A stretch of DNA of 64,000 nucleotides from an uncultured Micrococcales bacterium (GCA_903834635.1 CAILJO010000082.1:8593-72592), one strand, 5' to 3'; counted from the first letter of the stretch, positions 19,687 through 30,411 are shown. Numbers and translations: made by a program. Notes: generated from the sequence alone by a model not told the origin.

Positions 19687-20037
19687 TGGACGGGTCAGCC
19701 GATACGCCGGGTTCTGTACTCCTTGCGGAGTGACGATCATCTATCTGGGATTGCCGTTGCCGACAACCTCTAGCGACCTACCCGTTGGCTAGAGCGAGCA
19801 GCTCTATTCACCAACTATCTGGTCTTGCTCCTGACGAGGTTTACCTAGCCAATCTGGTCACCCAGACTGCTGGTGGTCTCTTACACCACCGTTTCACCCT
19901 TACCGCTTTCGCGGCGGTCTGCTTTCTGTTGCACTTTCTCGCGGGTTTCCCCGAGTGGGTGTTACCCACCATCATGCTCTTTGGAGCCCGGACGTTCCTC
20001 GACATTACTGCCGCGATCGTCTGGCCAACCCATCCGA
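19687..20037 (-). ncRNA. rnpB: RNase P RNA, bacterial type A
   Basis: The minus strand reads CGGAUGGGUUGGCC...GAGGAACGUCCGGGCUCC...GGUAACACCC...AGAAAGUGCAACAGAAAGCAGACCGCC...GGUAAGGGUGAAACGGUGGUGUAAGAGACCACC...ACAGAACCCGGCGUAUCGGCUGACCCGUCC. The universally conserved P4 and J segments are present, and P1 pairs 20035..20023 with 19700..19688. Ends are +/- a few nt. Confidence 0.9.
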
Positions 20038-20073
20038 GTCCAGCCTAACCAAAGCCAGCCTAGAGCGGAATAG

Positions 20074-21228
20074 CTAAAGGTGGTTTGTGTCGTTTACTGT
20101 GACAACCTCGGTAGCCTGATCGCCCCACATGCGAATGATGGTCATCGAGCAAGGTGCAATCTGGGTCGCCCAATACGCGGAGACTCCTCCGTCAAACGCG
20201 TATCTTGCGAATCCACGAATCGGCATCACATGGCCGACCACCACAACGGTTTTCCCTGCATGTTGGCCAACAATTCTTTTGCGCGCTTGCATGACCCGCT
20301 CATCGAACTCTTGGAGACTTTCGCCGTTTGGGGGTGAAACGGTCCATGACCCTCTCCAGGCCTCCCATTGCTGTGGCCACTGCTCGGCCACTTCTTCGTT
20401 CGTGTGACCATCCCAGTCGCCAAAGCTTATTTCTGCGATGTCTTCATCTAGCGACACCTCGAGCCCAAGTTGATTTGCGATTATGTTGGCAGTATCAACG
20501 GTGCGCTGAATTGGGCTAGAGACTATTGCCGATGGCGGCTTTAGATAGGCATATTGCCCTTCGGTGCCAATCTTTGCCAGAGCTTTGGCTACTTTGTGGG
20601 CGTCCTCTCGACCGAGTTCGCTCAAGTGCGGATTCTCTCCCCCACGGCCCGAGATCTTCTTTCCTTCGGTCAACTTTGTTCGACCGTGTCGAACAAGGAT
20701 GACAGTGGTCAAGGGTGCGTCGACATGACCAGGTGCTCGAACTGAGCTAGGTTTTTCACTATTGAATTCAACAACACTCGGATGCATCGACGTGGTCGTG
20801 GTGTCTACAGTTCGGTCAGCTTGTTCATCCATTGCTCGGTTCGCCAACGCGTCTGCTCGGTGGTTTTCTTCACGCGGAATCCACTGGTAAGTTACGTCGA
20901 GTCCTGAAGCAATACCTTGAATCTCCATGGCCAGGGCGCGCATGTCGGGATGTTTGATTTTCCAGTTTCCCGACATTTGTTCAATAACGAGCTTGCTGTC
21001 CATTCTGACCGATATTTTTGCAGCCGGATTAATTTTGCGCACCTCGACTAGAGCCGCTTTCAAAGCTGTGTATTCAGCTACGTTATTGGTCGCAATTCCG
21101 ATGAACATCGAAATTTCGCGAAGCACCAAACCAGTCACTTCATCAATCACGACGGCACCCGAGCCTGAAGGACCAGGGTTTCCTCTTGAACCACCGTCGG
21201 CTTCGATGCCTAGATGCGAGTAGTTCAT
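20074..21228 (-). CDS. Bifunctional RNase HI / histidine-phosphatase (CobC-like) protein
   Basis: N-terminal EADGGSRGNPGPSG RNase H fold and C-terminal LVRHGRT phosphoglycerate-mutase-family motif. The start at 21228 gives an ATGA overlap with the upstream gene (the ORF is open to 21258). Confidence 0.85.
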   Translation of the reverse strand: MNYSHLGIEADGGSRGNPGPSGSGAVVIDEVTGLVLREISMFIGIATNNVAEYTALKAALVEVRKINPAAKISVRMDSKLVIEQMSGNWKIKHPDMRALAMEIQGIASGLDVTYQWIPREENHRADALANRAMDEQADRTVDTTTTSMHPSVVEFNSEKPSSVRAPGHVDAPLTTVILVRHGRTKLTEGKKISGRGGENPHLSELGREDAHKVAKALAKIGTEGQYAYLKPPSAIVSSPIQRTVDTANIIANQLGLEVSLDEDIAEISFGDWDGHTNEEVAEQWPQQWEAWRGSWTVSPPNGESLQEFDERVMQARKRIVGQHAGKTVVVVGHVMPIRGFARYAFDGGVSAYWATQIAPCSMTIIRMWGDQATEVVTVNDTNHL

Positions 21229-21938
21229 CGAATGAGTACCGCTTGACAGTTTGTGCAAGTCGCGATTTCATCTCGCGGCGTTGCGATCACCTCTTCGTAG
21301 GCGGCTGACGTAAGAGCGATTCGGCAGGCATTGCAGTCGCGCCCGATTAGTTTGGCTGCCGCGATGCCTCGCGAGGCTTTACGAACGTAGAGTGCCGCCA
21401 GGTCTTCGTCTAGTCCGGCGAGTAACTTCGCATGCTCTGCCACCAAAAGCGCTAACCCCGACTGGAGTTTGATCAATTCGCTTGCAGACTCTTGTTCAGC
21501 AGACTGAACGGTTGCAGCAGCCTCACTTCTCGTTGCCGATAGAGCCTGAAGTTCGGTACTGGCATTCTCTTTTCGTTCAAGAATTTCCAACTCAACGTCT
21601 TCTAGGTTCGAGAGTCTAGATTTCAGGCTGACAAGCTCATGCTGGATGCCTTCGGCATCTTTGTGACTCGAAGAAGACTTCAGGCGGTCGTTGTCTTGCG
21701 AGATGCGCTTCTCGACGAGTTCGATGTCGTTTTCTGAGCGACGGAGCTCAGTCTCGATGTTATCTAGCTCGGTTCTTGCCTGCAAAAGACGCTCGCTGGA
21801 ATGAATGAGAACCTGGCGAAGCTCGGCGATGAGTTTTCCGTCGCGAATGTCCTCAATCTTTGACTCTGTAGCAGAGATTTGCTGATCGAGTTCAGCCAGC
21901 CTGAGCACTTGTTCTTGCTGCGTCGCGCTAGCCTTCAT
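21225..21938 (-). CDS. C4-type zinc-ribbon / coiled-coil protein (DUF164 family)
   Basis: Long coiled coil followed by CNAC...CTNC. The start at 21938 is preceded by SD GGGAGA (the ORF is open to 21959). Confidence 0.75.
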   Translation of the reverse strand: MKASATQQEQVLRLAELDQQISATESKIEDIRDGKLIAELRQVLIHSSERLLQARTELDNIETELRRSENDIELVEKRISQDNDRLKSSSSHKDAEGIQHELVSLKSRLSNLEDVELEILERKENASTELQALSATRSEAAATVQSAEQESASELIKLQSGLALLVAEHAKLLAGLDEDLAALYVRKASRGIAAAKLIGRDCNACRIALTSAAYEEVIATPRDEIATCTNCQAVLIR

Positions 21939-22761
21939 CGTTCTCCCTATTGATAACAAATGACCATGGATCGGTCACTACTTCACTAACCATAAACTCT
22001 ATTTCGCCGTGCGCCTGCTCTAACTGGCGCTTTGCCTGGTCTAACCAAAGCGATTCCGCGGCCCAGTGTGAAATATCTATGAGGGCCATTGGCTGGCCGC
22101 TTGTCATTTTTTGTGATGCATCCAAAGTCGGGTGGTGTCTCAAGTCAGAGGTAATAAAAGCGTCCGCGCCCGCTTGAGCGGCAATTTCGATGAATGCGTC
22201 ACCGGCTCCCCCAACTAGGGCTATTTTTTTTACAAGTAATTCGGGATGCCCTGCCGCGGCGACTCCGCGAGCAGTGAACGGCAAAAGCTCGACCAGTTGC
22301 ATGGTCAGGTCTTGCAAAGTCATTTCTCTTGCCAGTGAGCCGATTCGACCATGCCCTCTGTTCTGACCCGTTTCTAAGAGAGGAACCACATTTTCTAGTT
22401 TCAACTGCTGAGCGATTGTGTCACTAACACCGTTAGCCACGACGTCGGCGTTGGTATGAGCCGAGAACAGCGAAATGCCATCCCTGATCGCCCTTGCGAC
22501 AACGGGGTGTTTTACTCCATCCCAAGGCAGGGTTTGCCCAGCTCTCAAAAGAAATGGATGATGGCTGAGTACTAGGTTGGCGCCTCGGTGTCGTGCTTCA
22601 GCCAGAACAAGTGTCGAGACATCAACGGTAATTAACACCTTTGAGACGGCTGAGTCGTGGCTGACTGAAAACCCTGGAGCATCCCATGAGTCGGCAAAGG
22701 CCTTTGGCCAAAGTTGCTCGAACGTCTTGCCTAACTCGCGAACGGTTAGCTTGGAAGTCAC
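21928..22761 (-). CDS. Nif3-like dinuclear metal centre protein
   Basis: 277 aa. LSHHPFLLR and SAHTNADV motifs. GTG start overlapping the upstream stop (GTGA). Confidence 0.85.
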   Translation of the reverse strand: MTSKLTVRELGKTFEQLWPKAFADSWDAPGFSVSHDSAVSKVLITVDVSTLVLAEARHRGANLVLSHHPFLLRAGQTLPWDGVKHPVVARAIRDGISLFSAHTNADVVANGVSDTIAQQLKLENVVPLLETGQNRGHGRIGSLAREMTLQDLTMQLVELLPFTARGVAAAGHPELLVKKIALVGGAGDAFIEIAAQAGADAFITSDLRHHPTLDASQKMTSGQPMALIDISHWAAESLWLDQAKRQLEQAHGEIEFMVSEVVTDPWSFVINRENDEG

Positions 22762-24809
22762 TGAGGCAGCTCCACGCCAGCAATTTCACTTCGACGTTCG
22801 TCGATTGCTGCAATTTCGAGTTCTTGTTTATGAATCTTGGGAATGCTAGTAACTAGAGTCCAAATAAACGCAATCACAAAAGCCCACACCGACCCGCTGA
22901 GGTTGTCGAAGAACAAGATGCTGTCAAGCGGCTTTGCAAGGAAACCAACAAGTGGAATGGATTCGATCTTAGATACGCCTAAACCAAACGCCACGCTGAC
23001 CAGGAACCCAAAAATTGCCACTATAGAAATGCGCTTGTAGAACGCATAACCCCGCTGAAGCGAAACCTCGTGGAATGGCAGATGGCGCAAAAGTCCCTCG
23101 CAGACAAAGATTCCAAGCCAAGCAAAAACCGGCACCATAAGCGCAATCAGAAGCTCGCCAAGAAATGGGAACCAGTCAGTTTGCCAACTTACCAATGTGA
23201 GCAAAATGACTGCCAAGCCAAAGGTGATCGCAATCTGCACCCAACGATTTGCAACAAAAAGTGCAGCCAATGGTCTGGACGCAAAATCTAGAAGAAGCGT
23301 GGTCAGAACAATTGTGAATATCACAGAAGCAACTAGAAGCAGTTGGGCTAACCACAATGGGAGGCTCAAGAAATAGATTGAGAATGCCGAAAGCTCGAAA
23401 GTCAAATGACCGGTGCCTTCGAAAATCACAGCAAATCCAAAAGCGAGAGCTAGAGGCAGGACAAATGACCCGACCACGTTGATGGTCACAGCTGAAGTTT
23501 TTTCATTTGATTGACCAGAAGGTGTTCTGTCATACCCGCTAAGCGAGAGCATCGCAAGAAGGGTGAACACCCCAATTAGCAGCATTTGAGAAACATCGAG
23601 CGATCCAAACTCAGGTAGGGCTGCACCTGAGGAGCATGCACTGACGACGATCGCTATTGCTGAAACCGCTGAGATGCCGAAAATCCATGACTTTGCCTTC
23701 GATGGCAAAAGGGCAGCAATCAGAGCTATGACCAAAACGCCAAGCCCAAATACACCGGACCAAATAATCGCAACTGGCGAAATGGCGGAAGCACTAGGGG
23801 CTCCAGCAACGGTGGGCAAGAACACGAAAATAGCAGTTGCCAATGCCACCACGAGCGCAACGACGCGAAAGCCGAAAATAAAGACGGTTGGAACTATGTT
23901 TGCAAAGACTCCAAAACTCGCCCGACTCAGAACAACACTGTCTTTCGAACCTTTTCTGAGGATGCTGTCAAAAAGGGTTTGAAAGCCTAGGTTGAGGGCA
24001 AATGCCGATCCGGTTCCTACCAAAATAGTTGCAAGGCTGGCCTGATGGGTTGCCGCCCAAAATGCCGCGAAAGAAGGAACGGCTATACCCGCAATATTCA
24101 GTTGAGACCAAAGCCGAGTCCAGTCAAAATATTTCCTCGCCCGTTGCGACTTGGCTTTTCCCTTTTTAGTGACATCGGCTGCTATTTCTTCGGAAGCAAA
24201 GGCACCGACGGGTTCATGTTCGGATTCCTCGAGTGCCGTGGCATCTTCGTCCGCTGAAAATTCGCTGTTCACTTGCTCGACAATCTGACCCAAAACACCA
24301 GTGACCGAAAAGTCATCCTGGTTCGGCAACGTAATGGCATCAGTCGCCTCAGGGGCTCCAAGGGCCAGCAACTCATCAAAAGCAGCTTCTTGGCTAACTG
24401 GTGCTGGAATCGGAACAGGGATGATGGGGGCTTCCTCAACTTCGACAATTGAAGGTTCGGCCGATTCAGGTTGCGACGCGGCAACGCTTTGCTGATTTGG
24501 AGTCGCAGGGTCAACTGGTGATTCTGTTGGTGCGGCTTGAAGATTTTCAGAAGATTTTGAGAAACGTGGATTTGCCAAAAGAAAGGCCTGCAGGGCCGAA
24601 TGGGCCTCCTCGGCAGGATTATTCTCCATGTCGCTAATCCAAGCGGTGGCGGCAGTATCGTCTTCGCTTCGCAACTGCGATTCTTGCTCTAGAAGAATCA
24701 TGGCCGCAATCATGCCGTCAGATTGAGCCTTGGCGGTGGCGAGGGCTTGTTCCAACTCCCAGTCGCTCATCGACTTGGGTACAGGTGGGTTCCAATCGGC
24801 ATTGTCCAT
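22758..24809 (-). CDS. Polytopic membrane protein (about 12 TM, NCS1/cytosine-purine-permease-like) with a roughly 230-aa acidic, Pro-rich N-terminal extension
   Basis: 683 aa. Residues 1 to about 230 are low complexity (E/D/P/A rich). The rest is hydrophobic helices, with SRASFGVFANIVP resembling the NCS1 RfSFGvkG motif. The family call is tentative. Confidence 0.55.
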   Translation of the reverse strand: MDNADWNPPVPKSMSDWELEQALATAKAQSDGMIAAMILLEQESQLRSEDDTAATAWISDMENNPAEEAHSALQAFLLANPRFSKSSENLQAAPTESPVDPATPNQQSVAASQPESAEPSIVEVEEAPIIPVPIPAPVSQEAAFDELLALGAPEATDAITLPNQDDFSVTGVLGQIVEQVNSEFSADEDATALEESEHEPVGAFASEEIAADVTKKGKAKSQRARKYFDWTRLWSQLNIAGIAVPSFAAFWAATHQASLATILVGTGSAFALNLGFQTLFDSILRKGSKDSVVLSRASFGVFANIVPTVFIFGFRVVALVVALATAIFVFLPTVAGAPSASAISPVAIIWSGVFGLGVLVIALIAALLPSKAKSWIFGISAVSAIAIVVSACSSGAALPEFGSLDVSQMLLIGVFTLLAMLSLSGYDRTPSGQSNEKTSAVTINVVGSFVLPLALAFGFAVIFEGTGHLTFELSAFSIYFLSLPLWLAQLLLVASVIFTIVLTTLLLDFASRPLAALFVANRWVQIAITFGLAVILLTLVSWQTDWFPFLGELLIALMVPVFAWLGIFVCEGLLRHLPFHEVSLQRGYAFYKRISIVAIFGFLVSVAFGLGVSKIESIPLVGFLAKPLDSILFFDNLSGSVWAFVIAFIWTLVTSIPKIHKQELEIAAIDERRSEIAGVELPQ

Positions 24810-24866
24810 ACCGAAATACTACTTTGTGTGCGACTGAAAACCCCGACAGTCAGATGACCAAGACTG

Positions 24867-24939
24867 TGGGCCCTACCGGGCTCGAACCGATGACATCCAC
24901 GGTGTAAGCGTGGCGCTCTACCAACTGAGCTAAAGGCCC
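24867..24939 (-). tRNA. tRNA-Val (anticodon TAC)
   Basis: GGGCCTTTAGCTCAGTTGGTAGAGCGCCACGCTTACACCGTGGATGTCATCGGTTCGAGCCCGGTAGGGCCCA folds as a cloverleaf with anticodon loop CTTACAC. CCA is not encoded. Confidence 0.95.
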
Positions 24940-24995
24940 GCGAGACAGAAACTGCCTGCGACTCATAAACAATAGCGCATTTGAGCGCCTCTTGC

Positions 24996-25454
24996 TTAAA
25001 GTGTGGCCAGAGCCTTGCTGTACTCATCGAGGGAACGAGCCTGGCCAGGTGCCGTGATGAACTTGGCGACCAGGTCACCATCCTTGTTGATCACAAAAGT
25101 AGCTCGGTTTGAAATACCTGCTTCTTCGATGAACACCCCGTATGACTTGGCTACTGCACCGTGTGGCCAGAAGTCGGCAAGCACGTTGAATTCGTAACCT
25201 TCAGACTCAGCAAACTTCTTCTGCACAAACTTGCTGTCAACGCTAATTGCCAAAAGCTCGACGTCAGCCGAAGCGAATTGGGCGAAGTTATCGCGAAGTT
25301 CGCAAAGTTCTCCGGTGCAAATACCTGAGAAAGACAGTGGGTAGAAAACGATGACAACGTTCTTCTTGCCCCTGAAGTCACTTAGCTTCACATCAGCTCC
25401 GAATTGATTTACCAGAGTGAAGTCTGGAGCAGAATCTCCGATGATTAGTGACAT
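24996..25454 (-). CDS. ahpE: Peroxiredoxin (AhpE-like)
   Basis: MSLIIGDSAPDFTL start at 25454 after SD AAAGGA (the ORF is open to 25496). Peroxidatic Cys in FYPLSFSGICTGE. Confidence 0.85.
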   Translation of the reverse strand: MSLIIGDSAPDFTLVNQFGADVKLSDFRGKKNVVIVFYPLSFSGICTGELCELRDNFAQFASADVELLAISVDSKFVQKKFAESEGYEFNVLADFWPHGAVAKSYGVFIEEAGISNRATFVINKDGDLVAKFITAPGQARSLDEYSKALATL

Positions 25455-25589
25455 TTTGGTCCTTTCAAAAAAGTCTTGGAATGAGAACTCCAACACGCTT
25501 AGTCAAGATTAACTTCCCCGAGACGAATAAACTCTTTAGAGGCTTTACCAAAGCCTCACGAAATTCTTTGTCCTCCCCCACGAAAGGGA

Positions 25590-28322
25590 ATGCCAGTGTC
25601 TCTCAACAACAACGATCCTTACTCTGTGAATAAACCAGACCAGGACCCCGAAGAGACATCTGAGTGGCTCGAGTCGCTCGATGCCGTTGCCAAAGTTCAA
25701 GGACGCGAACGCGCCCGCGAAATCATGCAAAACCTTTTGCGTCGCGCACACGAACTTCAACTCAACGTTCCGATGGTTCAGACCACCGACTACATAAACA
25801 CAATCCCAACCGAATCGGAACCGGAATTTCCGGGGGACGAAGCGATTGAACGCACCTACCGCGCATGGATGCGCTGGAACGCCGCAATGCTTGTTCACCG
25901 AGCGCAGCGCCCCGGAATCGGTGTCGGCGGGCACATCTCAACGTTTGCATCATCGGCGTCACTTTATGAAGTGGGCTTCAACCACTTTTTCAAAGGGCAA
26001 GACCACATTTCTGGCGGTGACCAGATTTTTATCCAAGGCCACGCATCACCAGGTCCTTACTCGCGTGCTTTCTTGGAAGGTCGCCTAAGCGCTGACCAGC
26101 TTGACGGCTTCAGACAGGAGCGTTCACACGCTGGTGGCGGTCTGTCTTCTTACCCTCACCCTCGCTTGATGCCTGATTTCTGGCAGTTCCCAACAGTTTC
26201 GATGGGTATCGGTCCAATAAATGCGATTTATCAGGCGCAGTTCAACCGTTACCTGACTGGCCGTGGATTCAAAGATGCCTCGCAGCAGCACGTTTGGGCT
26301 TTCTTGGGCGATGGAGAACTGGACGAAGTCGAATCACGTGGTGCGCTTCAACTGGCAGCCAATGATGGTCTGGATAACCTCACGTTTGTCGTCAACTGCA
26401 ACCTGCAGCGCCTGGACGGACCGGTTCGCGGCAATGGCAAGATCGTCCAAGAACTCGAATCTTTCTTTAGAGGCGCTGGCTGGAACGTTATCAAGGTCAT
26501 CTGGGGTCGCGAGTGGGATGACCTGCTTCGTCGAGACACCGAAGGAGCGCTCGTCGACTTGATGAACAACACTCCTGATGGTGACTTCCAGACCTACAAG
26601 ACCGAAGACGGCGCATTTGTTCGCGAAAACTTCTTTGGCAGAGACCCTCGAACTGCGGCACTAGTCGCCGACATGACAGATGAACAGGTTTGGGGACTAA
26701 AGCGCGGTGGACACGACTATCGCAAGGTTTATGCGGCATACAAAGCTGCTCTAGAGCACAAGGGGCAGCCAACTGTCATCTTGGCCAAGACAATCAAGGG
26801 CTACGGCCTTGGCAAGTCATTTGAGGGTCGAAACGCAACTCACCAAATGAAGAAACTCACCTTGGAAAACCTAAAGGCATTCCGCGACGAAATGCGCATC
26901 CCAATTTCAGACGCAGTGCTAGAAGAGAACCCATACCAACCACCGTATTTCCACCCAGGACAAGACGCTCCTGAGATTCAGTACATGCACGAACGTCGCC
27001 GCGAGCTTGGCGGATACCTTCCGGAACGACGTTCAAAATATGTCTCGTTCTCATTGCCTGAGGACAAGGTCTATGACATCGCCAAGGCCGGTTCAGGCAA
27101 CCAAGAAGTCGCCACCACAATGGCCTTCGTCCGCTTGATGAAAGACCTTCTGCGCGCGCCAGACTTTGGTCAGCGCATTGTGCCGATCATCCCAGACGAG
27201 GCCCGTACCTTCGGTATGGACGCCTTCTTCCCGACGGCCAAAATTTATAACCCGAAGGGCCAGCACTACATCTCGGTTGACCGAGACCTGTTGTTGTCTT
27301 ACAAGGAGTCGGAAGCCGGGCAGATTCTTCACACCGGCATCAACGAAGCAGGTTCGATTGCAGCGTTCACGGCAGCAGCTACCTCGTACGCGACTCAGGG
27401 TCAGCCGATGATTCCGATGTATGTCTTCTATTCCATGTTCGGATTCCAGCGCACCGCAGACAGTATTTGGGCGGCTGCAGACCAGATGAGCCGTGGTTTC
27501 ATGATCGGCGCAACTGCCGGAAGAACCACGCTAACTGGTGAGGGACTTCAGCACGCAGATGGCCACTCGCCAGTCTTGGCATCCACCAACGCGGCGGTCA
27601 TTTCGTACGACCCTGCTTACGGGTATGAAATCGGTCACATCGTTCGATCTGGAATTGAGCGCATGTATGGCGGAAACCATCCAGACCCGAACGTAATTTA
27701 TTACTTGACCGTTTACAACGAGCCTTATGTGCAACCGGCGCAACCAGAAAACGTTGATGTCGATGGAATCATCCGTGGCATTCACAAACTGAGCACCAAT
27801 GATGCCCAGGGGCACAAGGCAAACATCTTGGCATCGGGAGTTGCCGTTCCATGGGCCTATGAGGCACAAAAGTTGTTGCAAGACGACTGGGGAGTTTCGG
27901 CCGATGTTTGGTCTGTAACTTCTTGGACCGAGCTTCGTCGCGACGGTCTGGCACATGATGAAGCCGTGTTCCTGAGCCCTGGAGTCAACTTCCAAAAGCC
28001 CTATGTAACACAGAAGCTTGAGTCTTCGGTTGGGCCTTACTTGGGTGTCAGCGACTACATGCACGCTGTTCCAGACATGATTCGACCATGGGTGCCGGGC
28101 GACTACGCCACACTTGGAGCCGAAGGTTTTGGTTTTAGTGACACCCGCGCAGCCGCACGACGTGCCTTCAAGATCGACGGGCCATCGATTGTGGTTCGAG
28201 TCTTGGAACAGCTCGTTGCTCGCGGTGAGATGGATCCGAATGCTCCAGCTCAAGCTATCGAGCGTTACCGACTTCACGATGTAACCGCTGGAACCAGTGG
28301 CTCAGCCGGTGGCGAAGCCTAA
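25590..28322 (+). CDS. aceE: Pyruvate dehydrogenase E1 component (homodimeric type)
   Basis: 910 aa. [22 protein letters not shown] and a TPP-binding GDGE segment. The GTG at 25596 has better SD spacing, so the start is +/- 6 nt. Confidence 0.95.
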   Translation: MPVSLNNNDPYSVNKPDQDPEETSEWLESLDAVAKVQGRERAREIMQNLLRRAHELQLNVPMVQTTDYINTIPTESEPEFPGDEAIERTYRAWMRWNAAMLVHRAQRPGIGVGGHISTFASSASLYEVGFNHFFKGQDHISGGDQIFIQGHASPGPYSRAFLEGRLSADQLDGFRQERSHAGGGLSSYPHPRLMPDFWQFPTVSMGIGPINAIYQAQFNRYLTGRGFKDASQQHVWAFLGDGELDEVESRGALQLAANDGLDNLTFVVNCNLQRLDGPVRGNGKIVQELESFFRGAGWNVIKVIWGREWDDLLRRDTEGALVDLMNNTPDGDFQTYKTEDGAFVRENFFGRDPRTAALVADMTDEQVWGLKRGGHDYRKVYAAYKAALEHKGQPTVILAKTIKGYGLGKSFEGRNATHQMKKLTLENLKAFRDEMRIPISDAVLEENPYQPPYFHPGQDAPEIQYMHERRRELGGYLPERRSKYVSFSLPEDKVYDIAKAGSGNQEVATTMAFVRLMKDLLRAPDFGQRIVPIIPDEARTFGMDAFFPTAKIYNPKGQHYISVDRDLLLSYKESEAGQILHTGINEAGSIAAFTAAATSYATQGQPMIPMYVFYSMFGFQRTADSIWAAADQMSRGFMIGATAGRTTLTGEGLQHADGHSPVLASTNAAVISYDPAYGYEIGHIVRSGIERMYGGNHPDPNVIYYLTVYNEPYVQPAQPENVDVDGIIRGIHKLSTNDAQGHKANILASGVAVPWAYEAQKLLQDDWGVSADVWSVTSWTELRRDGLAHDEAVFLSPGVNFQKPYVTQKLESSVGPYLGVSDYMHAVPDMIRPWVPGDYATLGAEGFGFSDTRAAARRAFKIDGPSIVVRVLEQLVARGEMDPNAPAQAIERYRLHDVTAGTSGSAGGEA

Positions 28323-29493
28323 AACCGCAACCCTTGACTGGTTGCGCTCAATCTCGGGAGAGTTAGCCACAGCAACGCTAAAGCGTCTGGACGAAACTCT
28401 TCCTTGGTACCGAGACATGCCTCCTGCGCGCAGGTCGGCAGTCGGATTGGTGGCGCAGGCAGGAATCCAGTCTTTTGTGGCCTGGTTCGAAGATCCAAAG
28501 TCTCAGCCGTGGGTTGCTGCCGACGTCTTTGGCATCGCTCCGCGTGAGCTACTTCGTTCGATTTCACTTCAAGAGACGCTTCAACTTATTCGAGTTGTTG
28601 TTCAAGTGGTAGAAGAGCGCGTAGTAGCAGAAGACTCATCTATGCGAGAGGCCGTTCTACTTTATTCTCGCGAGATTGCTTTTTCGGCCGCCGATGTTTA
28701 TGCCAAAGCGGCAGAGGCCCGCGGGCTATGGGACGCACGACTCGAAGCGCTGGTCGTCGATTCAATAATTTCGGGCGAACAAGAGGAAGAACTGTCGTCG
28801 AGAATTGCTGCATTGGGCTGGCGCGCTCAAGGCGCAGTTGCTGTGATCATCGGCCCGAGCCAAACTCCTTTTGACCAGGATGCCTTGCGCAGAACCGCGC
28901 GTAAGCATCATTGTGACGTTCTGGTAGGTGTTCAAGGAAACCGGGTACTGGTTGTTATTGGAAGAGTTCCTTCAACCGAAGAACTGGAGTCGAACAATGT
29001 CCGCTACTTTGACGTACTTCAAGATTTTGAACAATTTTTCGGACCAGGCACTGTAGTTCTAGGTCCAGAGGTATCCTCGATTGCTGCTGGAAATGTATCT
29101 GCCAAAGCGGCTCTCTCAGCTTTCTCTGTCATACGCTCACTAAGTAAGCCTCCGCGCATTATTGCGGCGGACGAACTGCTAGCCGAGCGTGCCCTGGCAG
29201 GCGACAGCTTGGCTAAAGCTTCACTTGTTGACAAGGTTTATCGACCTCTTTCAAAGCACTCCCCCGAGTTGCTTCAGACACTTGTGAGTTACCTAGACAA
29301 CGGGCGTTCACTTGAACAGACCGCGAGAGACATGTTTGTTCACTCGAACACGGTGCGGTACCGACTCAAGCGCATTTCAGAGATTCTTGGCTGGGACCCA
29401 ACCGGTGCAAGAGAGGCATTTGTGCTTCAGGTCGCCGTGGTTCTAGGGTCGATGTCCAGCTCTATAAACAGGCAGAAAGGTAAACTTGAATAA
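28297..29493 (+). CDS. fasR: PucR-family transcriptional regulator (FasR-like, upstream of the fab operon)
   Basis: 398 aa. C-terminal Puc[27 protein letters not shown]. Sits immediately upstream of fabD-fabH-acpP-fabF, as described for Streptomyces FasR. The start is uncertain (GTG at 28297 or 28309). Confidence 0.75.
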   Translation: MAQPVAKPKTATLDWLRSISGELATATLKRLDETLPWYRDMPPARRSAVGLVAQAGIQSFVAWFEDPKSQPWVAADVFGIAPRELLRSISLQETLQLIRVVVQVVEERVVAEDSSMREAVLLYSREIAFSAADVYAKAAEARGLWDARLEALVVDSIISGEQEEELSSRIAALGWRAQGAVAVIIGPSQTPFDQDALRRTARKHHCDVLVGVQGNRVLVVIGRVPSTEELESNNVRYFDVLQDFEQFFGPGTVVLGPEVSSIAAGNVSAKAALSAFSVIRSLSKPPRIIAADELLAERALAGDSLAKASLVDKVYRPLSKHSPELLQTLVSYLDNGRSLEQTARDMFVHSNTVRYRLKRISEILGWDPTGAREAFVLQVAVVLGSMSSSINRQKGKLE

Positions 29494-30398
29494 TGCTGAT
29501 AGTTGCCTGCCCTGGACAGGGTTCACAGACTCCTGGTTTTCTTTCGCCTTGGCTTGAAATTCCAAGCTTTGCCACCCGAATCGCCGAAATGTCCGAGGCA
29601 ATCTCGGTAGATCTTGCAAAGCACGGCACCGCAAGCGACGCCGACACGATTCGCGACACGGCAATCGCTCAGCCCCTCATTGTCGCTGCAAGCATTGCCA
29701 CAGCGCTCGAACTCGGACACGGCTTCGCCGGAACTGCTGGACACTCGGTTGGCGAGGTGGCGGCAGCTGCCGTTGCCGGGATTCTTTCGCCTGAGCAGGC
29801 CATCAAACTTGTAAAGAAGCGCGGCGACGAAATGGCTTCAGCCGCAGCAATCGAGAAGACCAGCATGGCTGCAGTCTTGGGCGGTGACGAACAAACTGTT
29901 CTAGCCCGCCTAGTCGAGCTCGGTTTGCATCCGGCAAACTTCAACGGCAGCGGGCAAATCGTTGCTGCTGGCTCAGCCGATGGTATTGCAGCTTTAGTTG
30001 CAGAGGGTCCAGCAGGTTCAAGGGTTATTCCACTTCAAGTTGCCGGCGCCTTTCACACCGATTACATGCAACCGGCAGTGGCTGCCTTGGCTGAATATGC
30101 CGCCGAAGTTTCTGCGAGCAATCCAACATCCCGTATTTGGTCAAATCAACGCGGTCAAGAAGTAACTTCAGGTCAGGAGTTCTTGGAGCTGATCGTTGGC
30201 CAAGTTGCAAACCCGGTTCGCTGGGATTTGACCATGCAATCACTGGTTAGCGCCGGAACCACAGCTCTGATTGAAGTGGCGCCAGCCGGAACTCTGACCG
30301 GTCTCGCCAAACGATCGATGCCAGGCGTCGAACTCCTCGCTCTAAAAAACCCAGACCAACTAGACGCAGCCAAAGAACTTCTTAAGAACCACGCCTAA
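29493..30398 (+). CDS. fabD: Malonyl-CoA:ACP transacylase
   Basis: 301 aa. Nucleophile elbow GHSVGE and GAFHT. Confidence 0.9.
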   Translation: MLIVACPGQGSQTPGFLSPWLEIPSFATRIAEMSEAISVDLAKHGTASDADTIRDTAIAQPLIVAASIATALELGHGFAGTAGHSVGEVAAAAVAGILSPEQAIKLVKKRGDEMASAAAIEKTSMAAVLGGDEQTVLARLVELGLHPANFNGSGQIVAAGSADGIAALVAEGPAGSRVIPLQVAGAFHTDYMQPAVAALAEYAAEVSASNPTSRIWSNQRGQEVTSGQEFLELIVGQVANPVRWDLTMQSLVSAGTTALIEVAPAGTLTGLAKRSMPGVELLALKNPDQLDAAKELLKNHA

Positions 30399-30411
30399 GC
30401 AAAGAGGAATC

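Noticed and set aside
19785-20073. Plus-strand ORFs of 87 and 66 aa between ppgK and the RNase H gene
   Set aside because: The region is fully explained by RNase P RNA on the minus strand, so the ORFs are chance open frames in a structured RNA gene.
27531-28277. A 248-aa antisense ORF inside aceE
   Set aside because: It has no recognisable motifs and a Cys/Arg/Trp-rich composition atypical of real proteins. The sense strand encodes well-conserved AceE sequence.
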